Of a DNA stretch of 64,000 nt, positions 28,543-39,493 are shown one piece after another. Under the pieces are notes generated by a model. The model was given only the letters and a program-made list of their open reading frames with translations, was not told the DNA's origin and did not search any database. The translations under genes were made by a program, and so were the position numbers. Each line of letters begins with the position of its first letter. Position 1 is the stretch's first letter. The stretch is from Prevotellaceae bacterium (GTDB taxonomy: Bacteria > Bacteroidota > Bacteroidia > Bacteroidales > Bacteroidaceae), in the NCBI GenBank assembly GCA_029219385.1, contig JAQXTH010000021.1, positions 10,499 through 74,498 of the forward strand. Direction: 5' to 3'.

Positions 28543-30927
28543 TCACATTTCAATCAAGAAGCGGAAATTAAATCTCTGCCCTGTGAGGTAATTTGGCACC
28601 GCATATTGGGTGTTTGTTATATCTGTAATCCAATAATATGAATTTACATTGTTAATATTTAAAACATTAAGCATATCTGCGCCCAACCAGATATTTTTTA
28701 TAGGATTATGTGAAAGATGTTTGTCTTCGTTGTTGAGCAAACGATAGCTCATGCCTATGTCGACCCTGCGATAGGCAGGGGCTCTGAAATTGTTTTTCTC
28801 TATGCCGGAGTGGGGGGCACCAAAAGGCAAACCGTCGGCAAAAGCCGCCTTGAGCGTCATTTTCCACTTGTCTGTGCCGGGGAAAAAGTCTGTGAAGAAG
28901 AGCGACAAATTGTATCGTTGGTCGGTCGGTAAAGGAAGAGACATTCCTTTATATTTCTGTTTGGTAGACATGAGCGAAAGCGTAATCCACGAATCGGCAC
29001 CCGGCACAAACTCTCCAAACAATTTAAAATCAATGCCTGCCACATGACCCTTGGCAAGGTTTTCGCCATAATAAACAACCCTCAGATTGTTTATATTATA
29101 AGGTATAAGATTGTCTAACAATTTATAATAAACCTCGGTGGAAAAACGAAACGGCCGACCGGCTCCCTTGAATTGATAATCCATGCCGAGCAAAAAATGA
29201 ATGGAGCGCTGAGACTTGATGTCGCGATTGAGTTTCACAAGTGTGTTTGACCCCACCTTGACCGTGTCGCGCAACTCTTTGTAAAACGGTGACTGATAAT
29301 AATAACCGGTGGCAAATCTGAATGTAAATTTGTCATTTGCCGAAGGTATGAAGCCCAGTGATGCACGCGGAGAAAGCAACGTCTCCTTGTTCCACGAATT
29401 ATGCGTGAGTCTCACTCCACCATTCAGATTAAACACGCCCAAATTATTGTTAAATCTAAAATTGTCTTGAAGATAAGACTCAAAGCGCGTTGAATTAACA
29501 CTCGTCTTGGCCCTAAGATTATATATCAGTTGCAGTTCGTCGGGCGAATGAGGAATGGAATATCCCGAAGAATCGCGCATTTCCCACTCTGAAGAGTTTT
29601 CCTTGATTTTCTCACTCCTTATCCCCATTCCGGCGGCAATAGAGTGGCGATTTATGGAGGTGCGAAACCTTAATGCCGTAGAAAAGACCTTGGCAGTAAG
29701 ATAATTGCGTGCGTGTTCCAAATAAGAGCCCACGCCCAATTGCTCCTGGCCTATGGCCGAATTAAGCCAATATTCACCGCGAATATCATATGTTTCCTGC
29801 TCTTTTGTGGAAAACGCCGACGAGAGCCACTGCAACGACGATTGAGCATTGAATTTATAAGTTATGCCAAAAGATGAAAAATAAGTGCGAAACACATCTT
29901 TCTCCCTCCCGTCAAAATAAACTTTAAACGACATGGGCGAGTCCATCGTTCCAAATTTCGTTTCGCGGTCGTGGGGCTCAAAATTATATTTGTTGTCTGA
30001 AATGTTTCCTATAAAGTCGAATGTCCAATGCTTTGTGGGCGACCACGATGTGTAGTTTTGAAAATCAATAAATCGTGGGTCGTATTCTCCGTTGGTGTCG
30101 GTAGAGCCCATCAGATATTCGGTAGTTTTATATCGCAGGCCATTCATCATCGAAAATTTTTGATTTCCAAACCCCACGTAGACATCTGCACCCATCAGAC
30201 TGCCCGCAAGAGAAGCCTCGAACTTCTCCGGATGCTTATATGTGATATCGAGCACCGATGACATACGGTCGCCATATCGGGCGGGAAATCCTCCTGCCGA
30301 AAAATCAATGTCGGCCACCATATTGCTGTTAATAATCGACAAACCCTCCTGCTGACCCGAGCGTATCAGCATGGGGCGAAACACCTCCACACCGTTGAGA
30401 TAAACACAATTTTCATCAAAACTACCACCCCTCACATTATATTGCGACGACAGTTCGTTGTGTGTGCTCACGCCCATTTGGGTGGCGATTATCTCCTCCA
30501 CTCCGTTTCCCGTTGTCGACGGCATATTGCGCGTATATCCCGACTTAATGCGTTGCACAAGGTCTGTCTGCTTGCGCATTGCCGTGATGCCTGCCTCGCC
30601 CAACATCACAGACTTTGTCACTATCTTCATGTCAAAGCGCAAAGAGTCTTGCGCCCCTGAGGCAAAAACCACAAACTTCTTTGTGCGATAACCAAACATC
30701 ATACACGTTACTACAAGCGAGTCTGCCCTGCTGCAAGTCACACTATATTTTCCACCCGTCCCGGTCATGGTAAATGCCCCCTGCTTTTCCACAATGATAG
30801 AAGCAAACTCCACCGGGGTTTCGTATTCATCCACCACCTTGCCATAAAGACAAATCTTGCTCTGAGCCAACACCTCGGTCACGCAGAGCAGTAGCACCAC
30901 AACAAATGTTAAACACTTCCTATTCAT
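28543..30927 (-). CDS. TonB-dependent-receptor-like outer membrane beta-barrel with an N-terminal CarboxypepD_reg domain
   Basis: 794 aa. Signal peptide, then [27 protein letters not shown] (carboxypeptidase-regulatory fold). Plug-like region [22 protein letters not shown]. Long beta-rich barrel region. Confidence 0.75.
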   Translation of the reverse strand: MNRKCLTFVVVLLLCVTEVLAQSKICLYGKVVDEYETPVEFASIIVEKQGAFTMTGTGGKYSVTCSRADSLVVTCMMFGYRTKKFVVFASGAQDSLRFDMKIVTKSVMLGEAGITAMRKQTDLVQRIKSGYTRNMPSTTGNGVEEIIATQMGVSTHNELSSQYNVRGGSFDENCVYLNGVEVFRPMLIRSGQQEGLSIINSNMVADIDFSAGGFPARYGDRMSSVLDITYKHPEKFEASLAGSLMGADVYVGFGNQKFSMMNGLRYKTTEYLMGSTDTNGEYDPRFIDFQNYTSWSPTKHWTFDFIGNISDNKYNFEPHDRETKFGTMDSPMSFKVYFDGREKDVFRTYFSSFGITYKFNAQSSLQWLSSAFSTKEQETYDIRGEYWLNSAIGQEQLGVGSYLEHARNYLTAKVFSTALRFRTSINRHSIAAGMGIRSEKIKENSSEWEMRDSSGYSIPHSPDELQLIYNLRAKTSVNSTRFESYLQDNFRFNNNLGVFNLNGGVRLTHNSWNKETLLSPRASLGFIPSANDKFTFRFATGYYYQSPFYKELRDTVKVGSNTLVKLNRDIKSQRSIHFLLGMDYQFKGAGRPFRFSTEVYYKLLDNLIPYNINNLRVVYYGENLAKGHVAGIDFKLFGEFVPGADSWITLSLMSTKQKYKGMSLPLPTDQRYNLSLFFTDFFPGTDKWKMTLKAAFADGLPFGAPHSGIEKNNFRAPAYRRVDIGMSYRLLNNEDKHLSHNPIKNIWLGADMLNVLNINNVNSYYWITDITNTQYAVPNYLTGQRFNFRFLIEM

Positions 30928-31597
30928 CGATCAAATCAGGTCTTAGTGTCCGGGTGCGTTCCACAGACTGATTAAATTCCCACTCTTTTATTTTAGCCTC
31001 ATTTCCCGACAATAATATTTCAGGAACTTTCCACCCCTTATAGTCTGCCGGACGGGTATAAATGGGCGCGGCAAGCAAATTGTCTTGAAAACAGTCTGAC
31101 AACGCACTCTGGTCATCGCCTATCACACCTGGAATAACGCGCACCACGGCATCTGTCATCACCGCGGCAGCCAACTCGCCTCCCGTCAACACAAAATCGC
31201 CAATGCTAACCTCTTTTGTTATAAGGTGTTCACGAATGCGATGATCAATACCCTTGTAATGACCACAAAGAATGATGATGTTCTTTTTCAAAGACAATTC
31301 GTTTGCCATTGGCTGATCAAACTGTTTTCCGTCGGGCGAAGTGTATATTATCTCATCATATTCACGTTCTGAAGTGAGAGCAGAAATACAGTCATCTATG
31401 GGCTGACACTGCATCACCATGCCGGCAAATCCGCCAAAAGGATAGTCATCTACCCTGCGGTGTTTGTCTTTGGTATAGTCTCTAAGATTGTGTATATGAA
31501 TTTCTGCCAGCCCTTTTTTCTGTGCACGTCCCACTATCGACTGCGTCATGAAAGGCTCAAGCATCTCTGGCAAAACCGTTATTATATCTATGCGCAT
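30920..31597 (-). CDS. trmD: tRNA (guanine37-N1)-methyltransferase
   Basis: Starts [12 protein letters not shown] (CAT at 31595-31597); the track ORF is N-terminally extended. Motifs [37 protein letters not shown] and [14 protein letters not shown]. 8-nt overlap with the downstream barrel gene. Confidence 0.93.
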   Translation of the reverse strand: MRIDIITVLPEMLEPFMTQSIVGRAQKKGLAEIHIHNLRDYTKDKHRRVDDYPFGGFAGMVMQCQPIDDCISALTSEREYDEIIYTSPDGKQFDQPMANELSLKKNIIILCGHYKGIDHRIREHLITKEVSIGDFVLTGGELAAAVMTDAVVRVIPGVIGDDQSALSDCFQDNLLAAPIYTRPADYKGWKVPEILLSGNEAKIKEWEFNQSVERTRTLRPDLIDE

Positions 31598-31698
31598 ATA
31601 TACATTATTATAATTAAAACAAGACAATAAACAAGACCGTCTCCATTTGATAATCTAAAATTATAACGCTAAAAAGTTGTATTTATTATAAAAAGTGG

Positions 31699-31706
31699 TA
31701 ATTTTG
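31699..31706 (+). promoter_or_regulatory. Putative -7 box TAATTTTG upstream of ligA
   Basis: Exact TAnnTTTG match 53 nt upstream of the ATG at 31759. Confidence 0.5.
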
Positions 31707-31758
31707 GCATGAGAAAAAACATCACTGTTCATTGCCATACTACACACACAACTCTGCC

Positions 31759-33783
31759 ATGACACAAGAACAACAGATTTTGGAACTGCGTGACGAACTC
31801 CACCTCCACAACTACAACTACTACATAAAAAACCAACCCACCATTTCCGACCGCGAGTTTGACGAGAAAATGGCTCTTCTTATGGAATTGGAGAAACAAC
31901 ACCCCGAGATGTTTGACCCCAATTCACCCACCCAACGTGTGGGAAGCGACCTAAGCAACGATTTCAATCAAGTGAAACACCGCTACCCCATGCTTTCGCT
32001 CGCCAACACATACAACCGTGAAGAAGTGCAGGCATTCTACGACAGAGTGAAATCGGGACTCGGCAACGAAGACTTTAAAATCTGCTGCGAACTGAAATAC
32101 GATGGCCTGTCAATCTCGCTGATATACCACAACGGAAAACTCGCCCGCGCAATCACCCGAGGCGATGGAATCGTGGGCGATGATGTCACAGCCAATGTGA
32201 AAACCATTCGCACCATTCCCCTCATACTCAACAAAGGTGATTATCCCGAAGATTTTGAAATACGCGGAGAGATACTTATGCCATGGCAAAGTTTCGACAA
32301 CCTTAACAAACAACGCCAAGAAAAAGGCGAGCCTCTCTTTGCCAATCCGCGCAATGCCGCCGGAGGAACACTGAAGAGCAAAAAACCGGCGGTGGTGGCA
32401 GAGCGCAAACTCGATGCCTGCCTCTATTATCTGTTGGGCGACACCCTGCCCGGCGACAGCCATTACGAAAATCTGCAAACTGTGGCAAAATGGGGCTTTA
32501 AAGTGTCTGATGCCATGAAAAGAGTGTCAACGTTAGACGAAGTGATGGCATATATCGACTATTGGGACAAGGCTCGCGCCTCACTGCCCGTAGCAACAGA
32601 CGGCATTGTGCTGAAAGTCGACTCCATACGCCAACAACAAATATTGGGCCACACCGCAAAAAACCCACGCTGGGCAATAGCATACAAATTTCAAGCCGAG
32701 CGCGCCTTGACACGGCTAAACTCCGTCTCCTACCAAGTGGGGCGCACAGGAGCCATCACACCCGTGGCAAACATGGAGCCTGTCTTGCTGTCGGGCACCA
32801 TCGTGAAACGCGCCTCGCTCCACAACGAAGATATAATACGCTCTCTCGACCTTCACATCGGTGACATGGTCTATGTAGAAAAAGCCGGCGAGATTATCCC
32901 CCAAGTGGTCGGTGTAGACTATTCACAACGAGACGAAAGACACCCCGGCCAAAAAGTAGAATTCATTAAAACCTGTCCCCAATGCGGCTCTCCCTTGATA
33001 AGATATGAAAACGAAGCCGCTCACTATTGCACCAACGACTCGCTCTGTCCACCACAAATAAAAGGAAAGATCGAGCATTTCATTTCGCGCGATGCCATGA
33101 ACATCGACTCCCTCGGCCCCGAAACCGTGGCAGAATATTTTGACCGTGGACTCATAAAAGACGTTGCCGACCTCTATCTCCTTAAAACAACCGACCTCAT
33201 TGGCGAAAACGGCACAAAACTAAAATCCGCACAAAAAATCATCAATGCCATAGAAAAAAGCAAACAACAACCCTTCGACCGCACTCTCTATGCACTGGGC
33301 ATAAGATTTGTTGGCAAAGTGACGGCAAAAAACATCGCTCATCGTTTCCTCACCCTTGACAACCTTATCAACGCCGTAAACAACAATCAACAACAACTGC
33401 TCGACACCGAGGGCGTGGGGGCAGTGATCGCCTCTTCCATTATTCACTATTTCAACGAACCAAAAAACATCGAAATTATCAATCGTTTGTGCCAATACGG
33501 ACTGAATTTCAAGACAGAGCAGCAAACCACACCACAAAACGACACTCTCAAAAACCAAAACATTGTGATCAGCGGCACATTCACCCACCATTCGCGCGAA
33601 GAATACAAAAACATTATCGAAGCCCACGGAGGCAAAAACTCTTCGTCGATCTCTGCCAAGACTTCTTTCATTCTTGCCGGCGATAACATGGGACCCTCAA
33701 AACTTGAAAAAGCACAAAAACTATCCATAAAAATCATCAACGAAGAAGAATTTCTCGATCTTATCAAAACCACAAACAACTAA
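31759..33783 (+). CDS. ligA: NAD-dependent DNA ligase
   Basis: Starts [22 protein letters not shown]. Adenylation motif CELKYDGLS. Zn finger [28 protein letters not shown]. HhH and BRCT regions follow. The track ORF is extended by an upstream TTG. Confidence 0.95.
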   Translation: MTQEQQILELRDELHLHNYNYYIKNQPTISDREFDEKMALLMELEKQHPEMFDPNSPTQRVGSDLSNDFNQVKHRYPMLSLANTYNREEVQAFYDRVKSGLGNEDFKICCELKYDGLSISLIYHNGKLARAITRGDGIVGDDVTANVKTIRTIPLILNKGDYPEDFEIRGEILMPWQSFDNLNKQRQEKGEPLFANPRNAAGGTLKSKKPAVVAERKLDACLYYLLGDTLPGDSHYENLQTVAKWGFKVSDAMKRVSTLDEVMAYIDYWDKARASLPVATDGIVLKVDSIRQQQILGHTAKNPRWAIAYKFQAERALTRLNSVSYQVGRTGAITPVANMEPVLLSGTIVKRASLHNEDIIRSLDLHIGDMVYVEKAGEIIPQVVGVDYSQRDERHPGQKVEFIKTCPQCGSPLIRYENEAAHYCTNDSLCPPQIKGKIEHFISRDAMNIDSLGPETVAEYFDRGLIKDVADLYLLKTTDLIGENGTKLKSAQKIINAIEKSKQQPFDRTLYALGIRFVGKVTAKNIAHRFLTLDNLINAVNNNQQQLLDTEGVGAVIASSIIHYFNEPKNIEIINRLCQYGLNFKTEQQTTPQNDTLKNQNIVISGTFTHHSREEYKNIIEAHGGKNSSSISAKTSFILAGDNMGPSKLEKAQKLSIKIINEEEFLDLIKTTNN

Positions 33784-33789
33784 ACCAAT

Positions 33790-34560
33790 ATGAAAAAACA
33801 CATAATGGATTGGACTGTGTGTTGCAACGACAAACTCGACGAGCGACACATTCTGCTCAAACTAAAACCCGCAAATGGCATAATGCCGGCCATGAAGCCC
33901 GGTCAGTTTGTACAAGTAAAATCACCTGCCCCAAACGACACATTTCTGCGTTTGCCAATCTCCATAAACTATGTTGACAACGACCAACTGTGGCTCATGA
34001 TACAAACCATCGGCGAAGGCACAAAGGCCTTGGCCTTTCTACGCAAGGGAGACAACATAAACCTTGTTTTGCCACTCGGCAACGGTTTTAGCACAGACAA
34101 AGCCACAGGCAAAATTCTGCTCGTAGGTGGCGGTGTGGGGGTCGCCCCCCTTTTGTGGACCGGCAAGATATTGGCAGACAACGGCACCTCGCCCACCTTT
34201 CTGCTCGGTGGACGCAACGCCGACGGCATTCTGCTTAAAGACAAGTTTCAACAAATTGGGCGCACTTTTGTCACAACCGAAGACGGCTCTTTGGGCGAGA
34301 AAGGCTTTGTTACGCAACACTCCCTACTCAAAGACGAGACTTTCGACTATATCATGACCTGTGGCCCCAAACCCATGATGATGGCAGTGGCTCGCTATGC
34401 CACCCAAACACACACCGAGTGTGAGGTGAGTCTCGAAAACATGATGGCCTGCGGCATAGGAGCATGTCTATGTTGTGTGGAGAAAACCGTCAGAGGCAAC
34501 GTGTGTGTATGCAAAGAAGGACCCATATTCAACATAAAACAACTGACATGGCAAATCTGA
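33790..34560 (+). CDS. pyrK: Dihydroorotate dehydrogenase B electron-transfer subunit
   Basis: 256 aa. FAD/NAD-binding ferredoxin-reductase fold ([18 protein letters not shown]). C-terminal 2Fe-2S motif [13 protein letters not shown]...VCKEGP. Confidence 0.88.
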   Translation: MKKHIMDWTVCCNDKLDERHILLKLKPANGIMPAMKPGQFVQVKSPAPNDTFLRLPISINYVDNDQLWLMIQTIGEGTKALAFLRKGDNINLVLPLGNGFSTDKATGKILLVGGGVGVAPLLWTGKILADNGTSPTFLLGGRNADGILLKDKFQQIGRTFVTTEDGSLGEKGFVTQHSLLKDETFDYIMTCGPKPMMMAVARYATQTHTECEVSLENMMACGIGACLCCVEKTVRGNVCVCKEGPIFNIKQLTWQI

Positions 34561-35453
34561 AAACAAAAATCGCAGGACTCAGCCTGCGCAATCCGGTGAT
34601 GACCGCTTCAGGCACATTCGGCTACGGTCTCGAATTTGAAGACTTTGTTCCTATGAGCAAACTCGGAGGTATCATTGTAAAAGGCACCACACTGAAACCA
34701 CGCGAAGGCAACGACTATCCGCGCATGGCGGAGACAGCGAGCGGAATGCTCAACTGCGTTGGCCTGCAAAACAAAGGCGTTGATTATTTTGCCAAAGAAA
34801 TATATCCCCAAATCTGTCATTTCGACACAAACGTGATAGTCAACGTCTCCGGCTCAAGTCCCGAAGACTATGCCGAGTGCGCTAAAATCGTTGAAGGACT
34901 TGACAACATACCTGCCATAGAACTCAACATCTCCTGCCCCAACGTAAAAGACGGAGGCATGGCGTTTGGCGTGACCTGCTCGGGTGCCGCCTCGGTTGTG
35001 AGAGCAGTGCGCAAAGCATATTCCAAAACCCTCATTGTGAAACTATCGCCCAACGTCACCAACATTGCCGAAATTGCACGTGCCGTTGAGGCAGAAGGAG
35101 CCGACAGCGTCTCGCTCATCAACACTCTTATGGGAATGTCGATCGACATTGAGAAAAGATGCTCACGCCTCAGCATAGGCACAGGCGGCCTGTCGGGACC
35201 GGCAGTCAAGCCCGTTGCCGTGAGAATGGTAAACCAAGTCTTTCATGCCGTAGGAATACCCGTCGTCGGATTAGGAGGAATAATGACAGCCACCGATGCC
35301 ATCGAGTTTATCATGGCAGGTGCAACCGCTGTCGAAATAGGCACTGCCAACTTCATCGACCCCTCAGTGAGCGGAAAAATCGTTGACGGAATAAACCAAT
35401 GGCTCGACGATCATAATATCGAAAACATCAACGACATCGTCGGAATAATCTAA
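34548..35453 (+). CDS. pyrD: Dihydroorotate dehydrogenase B catalytic subunit
   Basis: Starts [27 protein letters not shown], overlapping the pyrK end by 13 nt. Motifs [15 protein letters not shown] and [10 protein letters not shown]. Confidence 0.93.
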   Translation: MANLKTKIAGLSLRNPVMTASGTFGYGLEFEDFVPMSKLGGIIVKGTTLKPREGNDYPRMAETASGMLNCVGLQNKGVDYFAKEIYPQICHFDTNVIVNVSGSSPEDYAECAKIVEGLDNIPAIELNISCPNVKDGGMAFGVTCSGAASVVRAVRKAYSKTLIVKLSPNVTNIAEIARAVEAEGADSVSLINTLMGMSIDIEKRCSRLSIGTGGLSGPAVKPVAVRMVNQVFHAVGIPVVGLGGIMTATDAIEFIMAGATAVEIGTANFIDPSVSGKIVDGINQWLDDHNIENINDIVGII

Positions 35454-35483
35454 AAAAAACAACCCAAAACGCACATACAAACA

Positions 35484-36002
35484 TCAATGTCGTTTTGGGT
35501 TTAACACCTTTCTAATCACACACCTTACTGCCGGACTGCAACGCTCCGTTTCCATCGCCTCTACACTGCGCAAGAACTCACCTCGCAATTCAGGATAAAA
35601 CCCACACATTCCAAAAGCAAGTCTCATACACAAAGCCTGTGTTGCGGGTTTCTCGCACATATCAACCATGCGGGCCAAACAAAAATCAAGAAAATCCACC
35701 CTCAACTCCCCTTTGGCAATACCCATTCGTTCCACAATGCTAAGCGACAACCGGCGCACAGACCTATCGTTTGTCGTCATTGCAAGATCCATAAACTCGT
35801 CCTTCAATGGGTCCAAACTTGCAATCTCGCCTTTGCCTGCCTTGGAAACACACAATAAAGCATTGCGCACAACACGACAATCTCCATCATGCAAAAACCG
35901 TCGGCAAAAACCAACAATATCACCCCCTGCCCTTATTTCGTTGCAAATCTGCAATGAAAGAGCCCGATTATATCGTCCAACAAGCAAATCTCTCTCTGTC
36001 AT
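35484..36002 (-). CDS. Hypothetical all-helical, Cys-rich protein (HEAT/ARM-like by eye)
   Basis: About 172 aa from MTERDLLVGRYNRALSLQICNEI; an alternative upstream ATG lies at 36038. No family recognised. 13 Cys residues and no signal peptide. Confidence 0.45.
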   Translation of the reverse strand: MTERDLLVGRYNRALSLQICNEIRAGGDIVGFCRRFLHDGDCRVVRNALLCVSKAGKGEIASLDPLKDEFMDLAMTTNDRSVRRLSLSIVERMGIAKGELRVDFLDFCLARMVDMCEKPATQALCMRLAFGMCGFYPELRGEFLRSVEAMETERCSPAVRCVIRKVLNPKRH

Positions 36003-36057
36003 AGTGCAAAAAATAATCCATAAAACACAAACCCACAAATTGCAAACAAGTTTTTAA

Positions 36058-36094
36058 ACAAAAAAACGCCCGAAGCCATTAAACTCCGAGCGTT
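36058..36094 (-). terminator. Terminator downstream of tRNA-Ser
   Basis: Imperfect 11-bp stem aacgcccgaag/ctccgagcgtt with 2 mismatches. On the minus strand it is followed by a T7 run. Confidence 0.5.
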
Positions 36095-36122
36095 TCTTTT
36101 TCTAATTAACTTTTTAGGTTTG

Positions 36123-36210
36123 CGGAGAGAGGGGGATTCGAACCCCCGAACCGCTTTTGACGGTTACACGCTTTCCAGGCGTGCCTCTTCAGCCACTCGA
36201 GCACCTCTCC
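36123..36210 (-). tRNA. tRNA-Ser (anticodon GGA)
   Basis: The reverse complement reads GGAGAGGTGCTCGAGTGGCTGAAGAGGCACGCCTGGAAAGCGTGTAACCGTCAAAAGCGGTTCGGGGGTTCGAATCCCCCTCTCTCCG. It has an acceptor stem, anticodon stem CACGC/GCGTG with loop CUGGAAA, a long variable arm and T-arm GGGGG-TTCGAAT-CCCCC. Confidence 0.93.
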
Positions 36211-36224
36211 TTTTTTTAACGGCG

Positions 36225-36232
36225 CAAAGGTA
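36225..36232 (-). promoter_or_regulatory. Putative -7 box (TACCTTTG on minus strand) for tRNA-Ser
   Basis: Plus strand reads caaaggta, 15 nt upstream of the mature 5' end of the tRNA. Confidence 0.5.
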
Positions 36233-36308
36233 AGTCATTTTTGCGAGACAACCAAACCAAACAAGATATTTTCAACTTTTTGAACCAACATGGCGAAACA
36301 AACATTTT

Positions 36309-37070
36309 TCACAACGCCAACTCCAACATCACCGGGCAATGGTCGGAACCATATATATCACACAATATGCGCGCGTCCTTAACACTCGACTTCAACCTCT
36401 CAGAAACAAGATAATAGTCAATGCGCCAACCGGCATTCTTCTCACGCGCCTTGAAACGATACGACCACCACGAATATACATCAGTCACGTCGGGATTTAA
36501 CAACCTGAACGTGTCGACAAATCCACTGTCAAGCAATTGGGTGAACTTATCGCGCTCCTGGGGCGTGAACCCTGCATTCTTGGTGTTAGTCTTGGGGTTT
36601 TTGAGATCTATCTCCTTGTGAGCCACATTGAGGTCGCCACAAATCACAACCGGCTTCTGCCTGTCGAGCATGGAGACGTAGTTGCGAAAATCATCGTCCC
36701 ACTCCATGCGATAGTCCAAACGCTTCAACCCGTCTTGGGAATTGGGCGTATAAACCGTGACATAATAAAACTTGTCAAACTCAAGTGTGATCACTCTGCC
36801 CTCGTGATCGTGAGCGTCGATGCCAAGTCCTAAAGATACACTTTGAGGTGCAACACGCGAATAGACCCCCGTGCCGCTATATCCTTTTTTATCGGCATAA
36901 TTCCAATAACTATGATAACCTTCAAATTCCAAATTCAACTGTCCGTGTTGCATTTTTGTCTCCTGCAAAGAAAACAAGTCTGCCCCACTGCTAAGAAACG
37001 TTTCCTCAAACCCCTTGCCGACACAGGCTCTGAGGCCGTTCACATTCCACGAGATAAAGCGCATAAGCAT
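36309..37070 (-). CDS. xth: Exodeoxyribonuclease III (AP endonuclease)
   Basis: Conserved start region M(LM)RFISWNVNGLRA. The first ATG after the promoter is at 37070, with an alternative at 37064. Motifs LQETK, GDLNVAH and GSDHCPV. The track ORF is over-extended to 37211. Confidence 0.9.
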   Translation of the reverse strand: MLMRFISWNVNGLRACVGKGFEETFLSSGADLFSLQETKMQHGQLNLEFEGYHSYWNYADKKGYSGTGVYSRVAPQSVSLGLGIDAHDHEGRVITLEFDKFYYVTVYTPNSQDGLKRLDYRMEWDDDFRNYVSMLDRQKPVVICGDLNVAHKEIDLKNPKTNTKNAGFTPQERDKFTQLLDSGFVDTFRLLNPDVTDVYSWWSYRFKAREKNAGWRIDYYLVSERLKSSVKDARILCDIYGSDHCPVMLELAL

Positions 37071-37091
37071 AAGTTTTTTGTAATACAGTTG

Positions 37092-37099
37092 CAAAAGTA
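37092..37099 (-). promoter_or_regulatory. Putative -7 box (TACTTTTG on minus strand) for xth
   Basis: Plus strand reads caaaagta, 22 nt upstream of the ATG at 37070. Confidence 0.5.
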
Positions 37100-37112
37100 T
37101 CGAAAGTTTGAT

Positions 37113-37120
37113 TAACTTTG
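37113..37120 (+). promoter_or_regulatory. Putative -7 box TAACTTTG for the 37144 gene
   Basis: TAnnTTTG match 24 nt upstream of the ATG at 37144. It lies back-to-back with the xth promoter. Confidence 0.5.
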
Positions 37121-37143
37121 CAACAAAAAGCAGGATAATTTCA

Positions 37144-38235
37144 ATGAAGATACTCAAATCACACATATTCCTATATTTAATTGTGGCATTTTGGTGCGCC
37201 ACAACCGCCAAGGCTCAACTTGTTGCCGACAAAAAGACACAAAACGTCGGTGACGTCAGACTATACTCCGAAAACAGCGTGACGTTCACACTTAAAAACC
37301 AAAACGCCACTCCGCTCAACATCACAAAAATCGTCACCTCAAACTCGCTCGTAAAGGCCACCGCCGAAGCCTTGTCGCTCGCCCCCAATGCCACAACCAC
37401 CCTTCGCGTCGAAAGTTCCACACCGTTGGCAGGCAGGTTTACCCACGCCATCTACATCTATACCGACCAAAGCGAGCAACCTCTGAAACTCAACGTGAAA
37501 GGTCGCGGCTTTCTCAATCCCGACGACATGAAATATTCTGCCGATAGTCGCAACAAATCAGAAGCATTTGCCGTTGATTTTGGCGACTTGGCATTCAGCA
37601 CCGACAACATCGAATTTGACTATGTCAACGTGGGCGATGTGGTGAGCAAAACAATCTATGTGACAAACAACGGCAACAACAACTGTGAGCCAAACCTGCT
37701 TTTGCTGCCAAAATACCTCTCGGTCAAGGCAAGCCCCAAAGTGTTGAGACCCGGTCGGCGTGGCTATCTCGTGGTCACCCTCGACAGCCGCAAACTCGAC
37801 CAACGCATAGGGCTCACCCAAAACGTGGTCTATGCAAGTAGTTTTGCCGGCGAAAAAGCCGCCAAAGAAAACGCCATTCCCGTTTCTATCGTTTTGTTTG
37901 ACACAACCTCGGTGATACACAGCGACAATGCACCCTCCCTCGAATTGAGCACCACCCAACTGCTGTTGCCGCCATTAAAGCGCAGCAAGGTGAAAGGTGA
38001 AGTGACAATCACAAACAACGGAAAATCCAACCTCCAAATAAAGTCGCTGCAAACATTCCACCCTGCCATCAACGTGTCGCTGCCCAAGACAACCATCATG
38101 CCCGGCGAAACAATAAAACTAAAAGTGGCAATGGTAAGAAAGTATATAGACAAGTCAAACGCCGGCCACCGCATACTGATGATTACCAACGACTACAAAA
38201 ACCCCGTGGTGCTCATCACGGTTGACAACCAATAA
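37144..38235 (+). CDS. Secreted protein built from three Ig-like (ASH/DUF1573-like) repeats
   Basis: Starts MKILKSHIFLYLIVAFWCATTAKAQ (signal peptide). Three ~110-aa repeats each follow the pattern FG.V....S....F.L.N.G...L.I.....: VTFTLKNQNATPLNI, TIYVTNNGNNNCEP and EVTITNNGKSNLQI. Confidence 0.55.
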   Translation: MKILKSHIFLYLIVAFWCATTAKAQLVADKKTQNVGDVRLYSENSVTFTLKNQNATPLNITKIVTSNSLVKATAEALSLAPNATTTLRVESSTPLAGRFTHAIYIYTDQSEQPLKLNVKGRGFLNPDDMKYSADSRNKSEAFAVDFGDLAFSTDNIEFDYVNVGDVVSKTIYVTNNGNNNCEPNLLLLPKYLSVKASPKVLRPGRRGYLVVTLDSRKLDQRIGLTQNVVYASSFAGEKAAKENAIPVSIVLFDTTSVIHSDNAPSLELSTTQLLLPPLKRSKVKGEVTITNNGKSNLQIKSLQTFHPAINVSLPKTTIMPGETIKLKVAMVRKYIDKSNAGHRILMITNDYKNPVVLITVDNQ

Positions 38236-38268
38236 TCACTCACCCCCCACTCACACACATAGACAAAA

Positions 38269-39372
38269 ATGCAACACCCCGAAAACGACACCCGATACGA
38301 AGGTCTCAAAGTCGAGACTAGCCCCGAAAATCCGGGAGTGATAAACCCATATCTTGCAAAAAAACCTCGTGCACGTAAACGACAACTTTCAGCCAATGAT
38401 TATGTGGAAGGCATTCTCAAGGGAGACGTAACAATACTAAGCCGCGCCGTCACACTGCTCGAAAGCACACTGCCCCAACACGAAGCCATTGCCCAAGAAG
38501 TGATAGAGCGTTGCCTGCCCCACTCGGGCAACTCGGTGCGCATTGGCATAAGCGGAGTACCGGGAGCCGGCAAAAGTACCTCGATAGACGAGTTTGGAAT
38601 ATACGTGCTCAACAATCGAGGTGGAAAACTTGCGGTCTTGGCGATTGACCCCACTTCGGAACGAACAAAAGGCTCCATTCTCGGCGACAAGACACGCATG
38701 GAAAAACTTGCCATACACCCCGACTCTTTCATTCGCCCCAGTCCAAGCAGTGGTTCTCTGGGCGGAGTGGCTCGCAAAACACGCGAAACGGTAGTGCTCT
38801 GCGAGGCAGCCGGCTACAACACCATTTTTATCGAGACCGTCGGAGTGGGACAAAGCGAAACAGCCTGCCACTCAATGGTAGACTTCTTTCTGTTGCTGCA
38901 AGTGGCAGGAACGGGCGATGAACTGCAAGGTATCAAGCGCGGCATAATGGAAATGGCAGATGGCATCGCCATAAACAAATGCGACGGAGACAACATTGAG
39001 CGCTGCAAAGTGGCTGCCGGCCACTACGCCAACGCCCTTAGGCTCTTCCCCGTGCCGGAAAGCGGACTAATACCAAACGTGCATACCTATTCGGGACTGT
39101 TTGGAACAGGCATTGCCGAATTATGGAACGACATCTTCAATTATATCGAGACGGTGAAAAGCAACGGTTGGTTCAATCGCCGTCGTCGTCGCCAAAACCT
39201 CTATTGGATGTATGAAACCATTGACCAACGCCTGCGCAACACTTTTTATCAAGACCCCGAGATAAGCACCATGCTCGACGAGGCAAAACAAAACATCGAG
39301 CAAGGAAGACAAACCTCTTTTGTCGCTGCCCAAAGATTGCTCGACCTCTATTTTGAGAGGTTAAAAAAGTAA
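38269..39372 (+). CDS. meaB: Methylmalonyl-CoA mutase-associated G3E GTPase (MeaB/ArgK)
   Basis: 367 aa. Walker A GISGVPGAGKST, plus ETVGVGQSE and NKCDG motifs. Confidence 0.88.
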   Translation: MQHPENDTRYEGLKVETSPENPGVINPYLAKKPRARKRQLSANDYVEGILKGDVTILSRAVTLLESTLPQHEAIAQEVIERCLPHSGNSVRIGISGVPGAGKSTSIDEFGIYVLNNRGGKLAVLAIDPTSERTKGSILGDKTRMEKLAIHPDSFIRPSPSSGSLGGVARKTRETVVLCEAAGYNTIFIETVGVGQSETACHSMVDFFLLLQVAGTGDELQGIKRGIMEMADGIAINKCDGDNIERCKVAAGHYANALRLFPVPESGLIPNVHTYSGLFGTGIAELWNDIFNYIETVKSNGWFNRRRRRQNLYWMYETIDQRLRNTFYQDPEISTMLDEAKQNIEQGRQTSFVAAQRLLDLYFERLKK

Positions 39373-39401
39373 AACTCATAATTTGTTTTGCGCGAAACCA
39401 G

Positions 39402-39457
39402 AAATCGTTAGAGACAAGGGACAAAGAAAGCAGTCTTGCCTCTAACGATTTTTATTT
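39402..39457 (+). terminator. Rho-independent terminator after meaB
   Basis: 17-bp stem aaatcgttagagacaag/cttgcctctaacgattt with one mismatch and a 16-nt loop. Followed by a T-rich tract. Confidence 0.7.
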
Positions 39458-39493
39458 ATCAATGTGTTTTGTTTTTTTACTAAAATCTTCGCC

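Noticed and set aside
31598-31627. N-terminal extensions in the ORF track at trmD, and likewise at pheS, ligA, pyrD, xth, GHL10-1, cupin, thiH, menD, thyA, rpmH, the HU-HIG gene and the ComEA-like gene.
   Set aside because: The extensions begin at TTG or upstream ATG codons that precede the conserved protein N-termini. They often overlap the upstream gene or the predicted promoter, so internal ATG starts were preferred.
36058-36232. tRNA-Ser as a possible integration site for a mobile element.
   Set aside because: No integrase, no duplicated tRNA 3' end and no obvious island boundary in the flanks. The neighbours are pyrD and xth.
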